DNA from: an uncultured Deferribacteres bacterium
GTDB taxonomy: Bacteria > Zhuqueibacterota > Zhuqueibacteria > Zhuqueibacterales > Geothermadaptataceae
Assembly: GCA_964014485.1 (NCBI GenBank)
Contig: CAXHAT010000038.1
Coordinates: 1-47,846 of the forward strand
Direction of reading: 5' to 3'
DNA: 47,846 nucleotides
Shown in pieces: positions 9,580-17,809 of the stretch. The notes beneath the pieces were generated by a model. It saw nothing but the letters and a program-made list of their open reading frames with translations, was not told where the DNA came from and did not search any database. Made by a program: the position numbers and the translations under genes. Each line of letters begins with the position of its first letter. The first letter of the stretch is position 1.

Positions 9580-10629
9580 ATGCGCGCCATTGCATTTCGC
9601 CAACACGATTCTTCCCTTGACGCCTACGAATATATCGCTGATCTTCCAAAGCCGAAAATTGGTTCGGACGAGGTTTTGGTTCGCGTCAGCTATGCCGCCT
9701 TGAACCGCCTGGATAACTGGGTTCGCATTGGCTGGAAAGGCCTGAACCTCGAGTTTCCACACATTCCGTGCAGCGATTTCAGCGGAGAGATTGCCGAAAT
9801 CGGTGACGCCGTTTCTGGCTGGGAAGTTGGACAAGCCGTGACTGCAAATCCTTTGATTTGGCGCGGTAATGATCGGTTCATCATTCGCGGCGAGCAGAAC
9901 AAATCGCCGACTTGGCATCTTTTAGGAGAAACGACGCGCGGAAGCTGCGCCGAATTTGTCAAGGTTCCCGCCCGAAACCTTGCGCTGATTCCGGAGGGCT
10001 TCGATATGCAAAAAGCCGCCGCCGCATCGCTGGTCTACGTGACCGCCTGGCATAACTTGATGATTGCCGGCGGACTCAGGGCGGGAGAAACGGTGCTTGT
10101 TGTTGGAGCCGGCGGCGGGGTGAATACGGCGGCGATTCAAATTGCGAAACTGACCGGCGCAAAAGTGCTTGTCATCGCAAGCAACGCCGAGAAAGCAGGG
10201 CGCGCCGAAAAGCTCGGCGCCGATTGGATTCATGACCGCGGCAAGGACGAGAATTGGAGCAAAGCTGTTTTCCAGCAGACAAACAGGCAAGGCGTTGACA
10301 TGGTAGTTGACAATGTCGGCCAAGCGACATGGGTGAGCAGTCTGCGCGCCTTGAGACCGGGAGGAAGGTTGGTGACGGTGGGAGGCACCAGCGGATACAA
10401 TGCGTCTGTGCCTGTCAATTTGATTTTTGCCAAGCACCTCAGCATTATTGGCAGTACGATGGGAACGCAGGACGATTATTTGACTGTGATGAATCTGGTT
10501 TTTGAAAACAAGCTTGATCCGGTGGTAGATTCAATTTTCGCCATGCGTGATTTTAAACAGGCTATGCAGCGCATGCTCGAGAGTGAGCAGTTTGGCAAGA
10601 TTTTAATCAAGGTCGATCAATCGCAATAA
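9580..10629 (+). CDS. MDR-family NAD(P)H oxidoreductase (quinone-reductase/alcohol-dehydrogenase-like)
   Basis: ALNRLD, HIPCSDFSG, VLVVGAGGGV, GSTMG and FGKILI; AGGAG RBS. Confidence 0.88.
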   Translation: MRAIAFRQHDSSLDAYEYIADLPKPKIGSDEVLVRVSYAALNRLDNWVRIGWKGLNLEFPHIPCSDFSGEIAEIGDAVSGWEVGQAVTANPLIWRGNDRFIIRGEQNKSPTWHLLGETTRGSCAEFVKVPARNLALIPEGFDMQKAAAASLVYVTAWHNLMIAGGLRAGETVLVVGAGGGVNTAAIQIAKLTGAKVLVIASNAEKAGRAEKLGADWIHDRGKDENWSKAVFQQTNRQGVDMVVDNVGQATWVSSLRALRPGGRLVTVGGTSGYNASVPVNLIFAKHLSIIGSTMGTQDDYLTVMNLVFENKLDPVVDSIFAMRDFKQAMQRMLESEQFGKILIKVDQSQ

Positions 10630-10636
10630 CGAAAAT

Positions 10637-12715
10637 CTACTGAGGCGCGCGAAGTTGCCGAAGCATCGTTTTCGCGCGTTCATTGTTGGGGTCAATTGCC
10701 AGGATTTTTCGCAAGTATTCGATGGCTTCCGCATTCTTTCCTTGCAAAAATTTGAGATACGCCGAGGCGCCGAGTCCGGGCAAAAAAGAAGGGTTGAGAA
10801 CGAAAACTCTAGAAAAATGCTTGTCCGCTTCGGAATAATTCCCCGCTTGCATTGCCAGATTCCCCAGGTTAAAAAGGGCTCGAATATTGTCGGGGTTGTT
10901 GTGTAGGACTTCTTTAAATAAATTCTTCGCTGCTGAAGCTTTCTGCGATTTTTGAGCGTAAAGCTCGCCTAAACCTAACCTGGAATTCGCATAGCTCGGC
11001 TGAACGCGTTGCGCTGCTTCGTAATGTGAAATCGCCTTTCTTTCATCCCCCAATTTTGCATAAATATTTGCAAGGTTTGTTAACAAAACCGCATTGTCGG
11101 GATAGACGTCGAGCGCCTTTTCGTAAGCGATGACTGCTTCGGAATCATGTCCGAGTCGTTGCAGGAGCTGCCCGACTTGTTCGTGCGCGGATGGATTTTC
11201 AGGCTCAAGCCTTGCCACTATCCTGAATGTTTCCAATGCTTTTTCCAATTCACCTGCCGACAACAACGCAGCGCCAAAATGCAGCAAACCATTTGCGTTT
11301 TCAGGTGCGGATTGCAGCCCTTCACGCAATAGCGAAATTGCGATGTTCAGAAATTCGGGATTTCGATCATGCTTTTCAAAGTAGTTGTGATACGCAATTC
11401 CCAGACGGATTTTCGCGGCGTTGTCATTCTCTCCGAAGAAGCTTTTTAAGCTCGCTTTGCTTTGCAGCGTGTCAGAAGAAGCGTCGATGTTTTTTCGAAT
11501 CCAGTGATCAGTGAAATTGGCGTGGATCACATCTGAAGCCGCGCCTTGACGCATATGGCAAGCGACGCAATCGCTTTCAATGCTTCTGTGAGTTGCGTCG
11601 TTGACGATGGTCGCGAGTTTTTGCGGATCATGACATTTTTGGCACTGCTCGTTAAAATGTTTGCGCGACCGCCACTGCACCGGCTCGTGCGGATTGTGGC
11701 ATGTCAAACAGGTCAGCGCGCCATTGCTTTCTATGAAGCATTTGCTCGACGCAATGCGTTCGCCGTGGCTCGCGACGCGAAAATCACCTTGTTGCACTTC
11801 ATCGTGAAGAAACACCGAAATCACTTCCGACAACATCATCCCGGGTTTAAAATCTGCATTTTTCCTTCCGGTCCGGACGACGCGCACCTGTCCCTGCAAA
11901 TGACACTGATAACAAACATCCATTTGTAACGCGGCGCTTAAATGCTTCGGATTGACGATGGTGCTGTCGATGTTTCGGGCGGGATTTTGTTCGATCTTTT
12001 TGGCGTAATGCTTTTGAATGTGCAAATCGCCCGGGCCGTGGCAGCGCTCGCAACCGATCCCGTGCTGAATGTTTTCGTAACGATTTCCGGAAAATTCGAC
12101 GTACCCCGAATAGGAATTGTGGCAATTCATGCAGCCTTCAACCACCGGCCTGGAAAAACGCAGATTTTGTGAAGCGTATCCGGGGCTTAACGCCCACTTG
12201 GCTTGATCGCTGAACCAGGTCGCCGGCAGCTCGAAAAGCAAACCGTCGCCTTCTTGCCAAAGATAGGTTCGAGCATGATTACCGGAACCGACGGCATAAA
12301 CCGCTCTGCGGGTCAAGTCATGCTTACGTTCACCTCGCGCATTTAAGCGATACTCGTCTTGTTGGAGCTTGCCGTCTTCAAAAGTCATTTCATAATGAAA
12401 ATCTGACTTCGGATCATAAACGTGATTATTGGTCTCAAAGTCTTCGATGAGATTGTCTTCCGAGAGAGAGTAGAACGAGCGCCCCATGCCGGTTTGCAAA
12501 AATGTATTAAAGATGTCCTCGTGACAAACCGCACATTCGTCGTCGCCGACGTAAGCGGTTTCATTGTCGATGTTCAAGAACCCGGTTTTCGAGATTGGGA
12601 GGGTGGTTCGACCTGGCGGGCGCTCGCACCCGAGAGTTGCAAAGGCAATCAATGCAGATGCGAGGCGGAAGACGTTCGACAGGCGGCTGAGACGTTGGCT
12701 GGATAAAACGTTCAT
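10637..12715 (-). CDS. Multiheme c-type cytochrome lipoprotein with C-terminal TPR repeats
   Basis: Seven CxxCH motifs (CAVCH, CMNCH, CERCH, CYQCH, CLTCH, CQKCH, CVACH), lipobox TLG-C and several TPR helix pairs. The start may instead be TTG 12745. Confidence 0.88.
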   Translation of the reverse strand: MNVLSSQRLSRLSNVFRLASALIAFATLGCERPPGRTTLPISKTGFLNIDNETAYVGDDECAVCHEDIFNTFLQTGMGRSFYSLSEDNLIEDFETNNHVYDPKSDFHYEMTFEDGKLQQDEYRLNARGERKHDLTRRAVYAVGSGNHARTYLWQEGDGLLFELPATWFSDQAKWALSPGYASQNLRFSRPVVEGCMNCHNSYSGYVEFSGNRYENIQHGIGCERCHGPGDLHIQKHYAKKIEQNPARNIDSTIVNPKHLSAALQMDVCYQCHLQGQVRVVRTGRKNADFKPGMMLSEVISVFLHDEVQQGDFRVASHGERIASSKCFIESNGALTCLTCHNPHEPVQWRSRKHFNEQCQKCHDPQKLATIVNDATHRSIESDCVACHMRQGAASDVIHANFTDHWIRKNIDASSDTLQSKASLKSFFGENDNAAKIRLGIAYHNYFEKHDRNPEFLNIAISLLREGLQSAPENANGLLHFGAALLSAGELEKALETFRIVARLEPENPSAHEQVGQLLQRLGHDSEAVIAYEKALDVYPDNAVLLTNLANIYAKLGDERKAISHYEAAQRVQPSYANSRLGLGELYAQKSQKASAAKNLFKEVLHNNPDNIRALFNLGNLAMQAGNYSEADKHFSRVFVLNPSFLPGLGASAYLKFLQGKNAEAIEYLRKILAIDPNNERAKTMLRQLRAPQ

Positions 12716-12770
12716 GAAAAAGCCGAGAAGAAGGGTGGATAACAATGGAAAATTGTTGCGGGACGCTTTG

Positions 12771-13835
12771 TCATGGGTTTGAATTCACCGCCGGCGGAAG
12801 CAATGCGTCCAACAACGATTGCCGCCATGCGCCTGCGGTTCTGTCATAAACGCCAAAGCCAGCGCCAAATTCCCAGTATCCCCAGCTAAAGTCACGCTTT
12901 TCGAATTCTCGTGTGACAAAGTTTGTCCAGCGGGCGCGCGAAGTGTCGTCGGCTCTGCTGTAAGCGCCAAACTCGCCGACATAAATTGGGCGATTGTTGG
13001 CCTGCGCCCAAGTGAGTGCAGTGTTTAGTTCGTTGCGGATGGCTTCTTGTTCTTCAGCCGAGCCCGTCCAGGTTGTGCCCAGCCAGGCGTCTGCGCCGTC
13101 AACCCACGAAGCGCCTTGATGCGTAAAAGGGAACGGCGAGTAAAAATGCACGGTTGCAATAATGTTCTGGTCGTCTTCCGGCAATTTTAGTTGTGCGAGG
13201 CTGTTGATGTTGTTCCAGAATCCCGGTCCAATAATCAGCGTGCGGCCGGGGTTTGTTTCCCGGATAACGTCGATGGCTTCCAACAAGTAATCATTCCAAA
13301 GCGCCTGGGTCAGAGCGTTATGCGGCTCATTAAGAACTTCGAAAATCAGGTCGCCGCTGTAATCTTTAAAATATCTCCCGACCTGTTCCCACATTCTGAG
13401 GAAGCGCGCTTTGTGATTTGCGGGTTTTTCCATGATCTCTTCGTAATGGTGAATATTGATGATCACGGCCAGCTCGCGCGTAAGCGCCTGCTCAACGGCC
13501 CACTCGACGCGGCGCATAAAAGTGGGATCAATTGAAAACGGGCTCGTGGAAGCGGCGTGCGTCGACCAGCGCACAGGGATTCTCACAGCAGTGAATCCGG
13601 CGCTCTTGACCAGATCAAAATATTCTTCCTGCAGAACAACGCCCCAGTCGCCCTCGTTCGGCGCTTCCAGCATGTTGCCGAAATTGACGCTCTTGGCGAT
13701 GCGTTGGTTTTGTACAAATGGATCAAGGTCTTCCGGCGGATTCATGAAATCCGGTTCCATCGGCGTGTTCATGTTTTTCGAACAGGCTGTAACGAGCAAC
13801 AAGAAAAGGAAAGAGAATCGAATTTTAGCAGACAT
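12771..13835 (-). CDS. Glycoside hydrolase family 5 (endoglucanase-like) lipoprotein
   Basis: NFGNMLEAP, VRIPVRW, NIHHY, acid/base NEP, nucleophile VGEFG and WGYW; lipobox VTA-C; GAGG precedes ATG 13835. Confidence 0.92.
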   Translation of the reverse strand: MSAKIRFSFLFLLLVTACSKNMNTPMEPDFMNPPEDLDPFVQNQRIAKSVNFGNMLEAPNEGDWGVVLQEEYFDLVKSAGFTAVRIPVRWSTHAASTSPFSIDPTFMRRVEWAVEQALTRELAVIINIHHYEEIMEKPANHKARFLRMWEQVGRYFKDYSGDLIFEVLNEPHNALTQALWNDYLLEAIDVIRETNPGRTLIIGPGFWNNINSLAQLKLPEDDQNIIATVHFYSPFPFTHQGASWVDGADAWLGTTWTGSAEEQEAIRNELNTALTWAQANNRPIYVGEFGAYSRADDTSRARWTNFVTREFEKRDFSWGYWEFGAGFGVYDRTAGAWRQSLLDALLPPAVNSNP

Positions 13836-14091
13836 TGCCGTCCTCATCAATATAACAAGCGTCCGTTTGAAATTTTCGCCATTCGCTGGCGAAATGTTTG
13901 AGTTCTTTTAAGAAGAGAAGAATAGGTTTCTCGCCGGTCACGGTTTTGCCGTTTTCCATGATCGCGGGAAGCGCCTCGAAGTTTCTGTTTTCGTCATGAT
14001 CCACCACTTTGTAGGCGACGACTAGGCGTTTAAGCTCACTCTCGATTTTATCGGCAAGCGCGGAGTTTTGAGTTCGATGCAAGTAGATCAT
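13825..14091 (-). CDS. Small hypothetical protein, glutaredoxin-like fold suspected, Cys-containing C-terminus
   Basis: ATGA overlap with the nnr stop and overlap with the GH5 start suggest translational coupling. LPAIMENGKTVTGE resembles the Grx cis-Pro strand. Ends DACYIDEDGNVC. Confidence 0.65.
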   Translation of the reverse strand: MIYLHRTQNSALADKIESELKRLVVAYKVVDHDENRNFEALPAIMENGKTVTGEKPILLFLKELKHFASEWRKFQTDACYIDEDGNVC

Positions 14092-15638
14092 TTTTGCACG
14101 TCCAGGAACGCCGAAGGCAGATTCTCGATAACGTCTCCCGCCGTCATTGAAATTTCACCAGACTTGCGCGCTGCAAGGTCGCCCGCCAAGCTGTGGATGA
14201 ACATGCCCGTCAAAAGCACATTTTCCGTATTGTCGCACTGTCCGCCCAATCCGGCGATGACGCCCGTCAAAACATCGCCCATACCTGCGGTCGCCATGCC
14301 GGGATTGCCCGCGCTGTTGATGAAAACGCGACCGTCCGGGAGCGCGGCCACGGAGGGTGCGCCTTTGAGCAAAAGATGGACTTTGTGTTCTTGCGCAAAA
14401 TTGCGCGCGGCTTGAATCGGGTCCCTGACAATTGTCTCTTGTTTCAATTTGCTCAAGCGTGCGAACTCTCCGGGATGTGGCGTCAAAATCGTGCCGCCCG
14501 GTCGGTTTTGCAAAACGTCCAATTGGCCTTGCAAAGCGTTCAAACCGTCCGCGTCAATGACGAGCAGGCCTGAAAAATTTTCCGTCGTCCTCCTGACAAT
14601 CGTTCGGACGTCTTCCGAAAGGCCAAGCCCGGGGCCAAGTGCTACGACGTTGGCCCAGTCGCATTTTTTGTCGATTTCGCGCCATGCGCTGATCGAAACG
14701 CGCCCATTCTTTTCATCCAGAGGAAATTGCATGATTTCCGTCATTCCATCGTCGGGATGAACAATGGAATTTGGAGCGCCAAGAATAACCAATCCTGCGC
14801 CCGCCCGCAAGGCCGCCTTGCTGCAAAGCGCCGCCGCTCCGCTCATGCCAACGCTTCCAGCGAGAACAAAAACTTGGCCGCACCGGTTCTTGAAATACGT
14901 CGCCGGGCGCTGCGGCAAAATAGTCTTGATAAATTTTTTGGAAAGAGTAAAGGTCTGCGGTTCGATTTTTTCAAAGGCCAAGCGAGGAAAGCCAATATCC
15001 GCAACATGAATTTTGCCGGCCCTGGCTTTTCCGGGATGCAGCGCCAACCCGATTTTGAGAGCGCCGAACGTGACCGTCTCGTCAGCCTGGACTGCATTGT
15101 TATCGGCTGCGCCGGAATCGCCTTCAACGCCAGTGGGGAGATCAACTGAGACGACATGCGCGCCGCTAAGATTGATTGCTCGACATGCTTCGCCAAAGTT
15201 GCCGCGTAGGGCGCCCTTCGCGCCGGTTCCCAGCATTGCATCGACAACAAGATCAGCCGATTTGATCGCCGTGAGGGTTTCCTCGGAAAAAAGTGTGACG
15301 CCGCCGCCGAGCTTTTGCCAAATTTCTATATTTAATTTCGCGTCTCCTTTGACTGCGTCAAGTTCTCCCAACAGGTGAACGTCGCAATGGAAACCCGCCT
15401 CAGCAAGATGGCGTGCAACGACAAATCCGTCGCCGCCGTTGTTGCCGCGTCCGCAAATGACGATGGTTTTTGGGTGATTTAAAAGCCGCAATTTTTCGAG
15501 ACAGATTTCCGCCGTACGCCTGCCGGCTTGTTCCATCAAAACTGCGCCGGGAAGGCCGAGCTCGTTGATAGAAAAGGCGTCGACGCGCGCCATTTCGGCG
15601 GCGGTTAAAACAGGGGGAGCGGAAAACGCTGCGGACAT
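14088..15638 (-). CDS. nnr: Bifunctional NAD(P)H-hydrate epimerase/dehydratase (YjeF)
   Basis: LMEQAG, CGRGNNGGDG, VDAMLGTG, VDLPTG, ALGPGLG, DADGLN, LTPHPGE and TAGMGDVLTG; GAGGAG upstream. Confidence 0.95.
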   Translation of the reverse strand: MSAAFSAPPVLTAAEMARVDAFSINELGLPGAVLMEQAGRRTAEICLEKLRLLNHPKTIVICGRGNNGGDGFVVARHLAEAGFHCDVHLLGELDAVKGDAKLNIEIWQKLGGGVTLFSEETLTAIKSADLVVDAMLGTGAKGALRGNFGEACRAINLSGAHVVSVDLPTGVEGDSGAADNNAVQADETVTFGALKIGLALHPGKARAGKIHVADIGFPRLAFEKIEPQTFTLSKKFIKTILPQRPATYFKNRCGQVFVLAGSVGMSGAAALCSKAALRAGAGLVILGAPNSIVHPDDGMTEIMQFPLDEKNGRVSISAWREIDKKCDWANVVALGPGLGLSEDVRTIVRRTTENFSGLLVIDADGLNALQGQLDVLQNRPGGTILTPHPGEFARLSKLKQETIVRDPIQAARNFAQEHKVHLLLKGAPSVAALPDGRVFINSAGNPGMATAGMGDVLTGVIAGLGGQCDNTENVLLTGMFIHSLAGDLAARKSGEISMTAGDVIENLPSAFLDVQK

Positions 15639-15921
15639 TCTTGGCAAAACTCCTCAGGCTGTTGTCAAAAAGTTGAAAGAAGTTAAAGAACATTCTTTTG
15701 GAATGCAAGGCGGCGTTCTCTTTCGGTTTGGCGATTCTCTCGAATTTGCCTTCCGAGTTTGTTCGGGATTACATTTTTACGCTCCCTGAAAGGTTGCCGG
15801 GGAAGGCGTAAACAACTGGCTGCTAAAACATCGCAAAATTCTGTTTATATTAAGTTAGCGCTACTTTCTTGCACAGGATTTTGTCCTTGATTGTTTGGCG
15901 TTTTTCGGTTATTTTTGCCGA

Positions 15922-16530
15922 ATGTCCGAGAAAGAAACCCCTTCAAATACATCATCGCGCAAAAAAGACGACATGCCACTGGTGCGGCGTGCGTTAGCAG
16001 GAGATCAAAAAGCGTTCGCCGGCATTATGGAACGCTACGACCGTCAGCTCTACCACCTCATGTACAAAATGGTTCGGAGCAAAGAAGAGTCGGAAGATCT
16101 TGTCCAGGAAGCGTTTATCAAGGCCTTCAACGCGCTGCATACCTTCAACGATGACTATGCGTTTTCGACCTGGCTGTACAAAATTGCCGTAAACAATTGC
16201 ATCGACTTTTTGCGCAAAAAACGCCTGCAGACTTTTTCCTATGACAAGCCTGTTGCTGCAAAAGACGGGGAAATGCGCAGGGAATACCCTGATCCGGAAA
16301 GCGTAACGGATAAGGCGATGCTGGCTTCCGAAAAGACGGGCATTATCAACCACGCGATAGAAAACCTGCCTGAGAAATACAAAACCGCGATTGTTCTGCG
16401 CCATCACAAGGAATTTTCCTACGAAGAAATCGCCCAACATTTGAACCTGCCTCTGGGCACCGTCAAGGCCCGCATTTTTCGCGCCCGCGAAATGTTGAAA
16501 CGCAAACTCAAAGGAAAAATTCTGCCGTAA
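15922..16530 (+). CDS. ECF sigma-70 factor (SigW/RpoE-like)
   Basis: Region 2 EDLVQEAFIKAF...FSTWLYKIAVNNCIDFLRK; region 4 LPEKYK...SYEEIA...GTVKARIFRAR. Confidence 0.95.
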   Translation: MSEKETPSNTSSRKKDDMPLVRRALAGDQKAFAGIMERYDRQLYHLMYKMVRSKEESEDLVQEAFIKAFNALHTFNDDYAFSTWLYKIAVNNCIDFLRKKRLQTFSYDKPVAAKDGEMRREYPDPESVTDKAMLASEKTGIINHAIENLPEKYKTAIVLRHHKEFSYEEIAQHLNLPLGTVKARIFRAREMLKRKLKGKILP

Positions 16531-16769
16531 CGGCTATCGCGCAACGGCGATTGGTTTTCGCGATTCGGGGGATTTGCAGGTACAATTCCAGTAGAATTTT
16601 AAAGAATTGTTACAACGAGACCGTTTTTCATCGCTTCATTTACGCGCAGCGGCGTTTCAGTTTGTATCATGTCTGCATCAATTTTTTTTCAACAGGGGGC
16701 GGCGTTTGCGAGCCTGATCGTGCGCGCCGCTGAACCACAACTTGGGATTTGCAACTTATGGAGAACATC

Positions 16770-16949
16770 ATGAGACTCAATATTCTATCGCAGATCATAG
16801 ACGCATATCACGACTTTCTCACGAATGATTCCGACGACTACCGCAACGATTTTTCAACAGACTACGACAGCGAAGTTGAAGACCCGCTGGGCGGAGACGA
16901 AGGAATTACCGATTATGACAGCACCAACTACGACCAGGACTCTTATTAA
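16770..16949 (+). CDS. Small acidic Asp/Tyr-rich peptide (59 aa), function unknown
   Basis: GGAG (16760-16763) precedes ATG 16770; 14 Asp, 3 Glu and 6 Tyr; TDYDS occurs twice. Confidence 0.55.
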   Translation: MRLNILSQIIDAYHDFLTNDSDDYRNDFSTDYDSEVEDPLGGDEGITDYDSTNYDQDSY

Positions 16950-17200
16950 GGTGGCGCCAGCCTGCTCCTTGCTTCAAGGAACATCCACATTTCGGCCTAG
17001 CTCAATTTTATAAAAAAGCATTGAGTTTGTTGGGCGCGGTCGAAGTGTGCTGTCCCGGCAAATAATTTTTCTGTTAACCCGCTCTGCATTTTCGGGGGCC
17101 TGCCGGTAATAACTTGCCTGAACTGCATTCCATGCAATTTTCTTCTTGCTGACGACTTTCTCACCACGGGCTGCACCTTTTGCAAGAAATTCAAGGATGA

Positions 17201-17707
17201 ATGGAGCAAACCATGCACCTCAAGCCCATGTTTTATAAAAAATATATACTGAAAAGCGTCGTTCTTTTCACAGTCGCTATTCTTACGCCTTTGTTTGCGC
17301 AATCGCAAAAGACGATTCCCGAACTTGAGATTCGAGCAAAACAGCCGCTGCCCGGAAAAATGACGATTTACAACATATCGTTTATTGCACCGGATACGCT
17401 GACTGCCCGCGCGTTTTTTGCGCTAAGTTTTCCAAAAGAATTCGATTTGGAAATGCTGGAAATCGCCGATTCGCGCATTGTTGACGGCGGTTTGGAAATC
17501 GGCAGAAAAGATCGTCGGGCGGAGATAAGCCGTAGCGGGTTGGGCAAAAATATTTTGCCTGAAACCCAAGTCGAAATTGAGATTGGCTTGATTCAAAACC
17601 CAAGCGATTTAAGCACTGCGCCGCCTGTAACTTTTATCCTAAAGCCCGACGGCGGGGATGGTGTTATTTACTCAAAAGACGTTTTAATCAATTTTCAAAA
17701 AAAATAA
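17201..17707 (+). CDS. Secreted single-domain protein homologous to the N-terminal domain of the downstream giant protein
   Basis: Signal peptide KKYILKSVVLFTVAILTPLFA-Q and colinear similarity to residues ~44-130 of the 5300-aa protein. The start could be 17201, 17213 or 17228. Confidence 0.8.
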   Translation: MEQTMHLKPMFYKKYILKSVVLFTVAILTPLFAQSQKTIPELEIRAKQPLPGKMTIYNISFIAPDTLTARAFFALSFPKEFDLEMLEIADSRIVDGGLEIGRKDRRAEISRSGLGKNILPETQVEIEIGLIQNPSDLSTAPPVTFILKPDGGDGVIYSKDVLINFQKK

Positions 17708-17809
17708 ATCGTCGCACATCGAATATTCATGTTTAGGCGGAATCGGCAAAACGATCTATTGATTTGCGGTCAAGCTTGAACCACTGATGCGCGACTACAG
17801 GGAAGTCAA

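Noticed and set aside
16531..16769. Riboswitch or ncRNA after the ECF sigma gene
   Set aside because: Only imperfect GC hairpins (e.g. ~16698-16730) are visible, with no recognisable aptamer or terminator.
17103..17183. Possible sigma54 boxes upstream of the adhesin genes (CGGTAATAACTTGC; GGGCTGCACCTTTTGC)
   Set aside because: The GG-to-GC spacing is 9 or 11-12 nt rather than the required 10.
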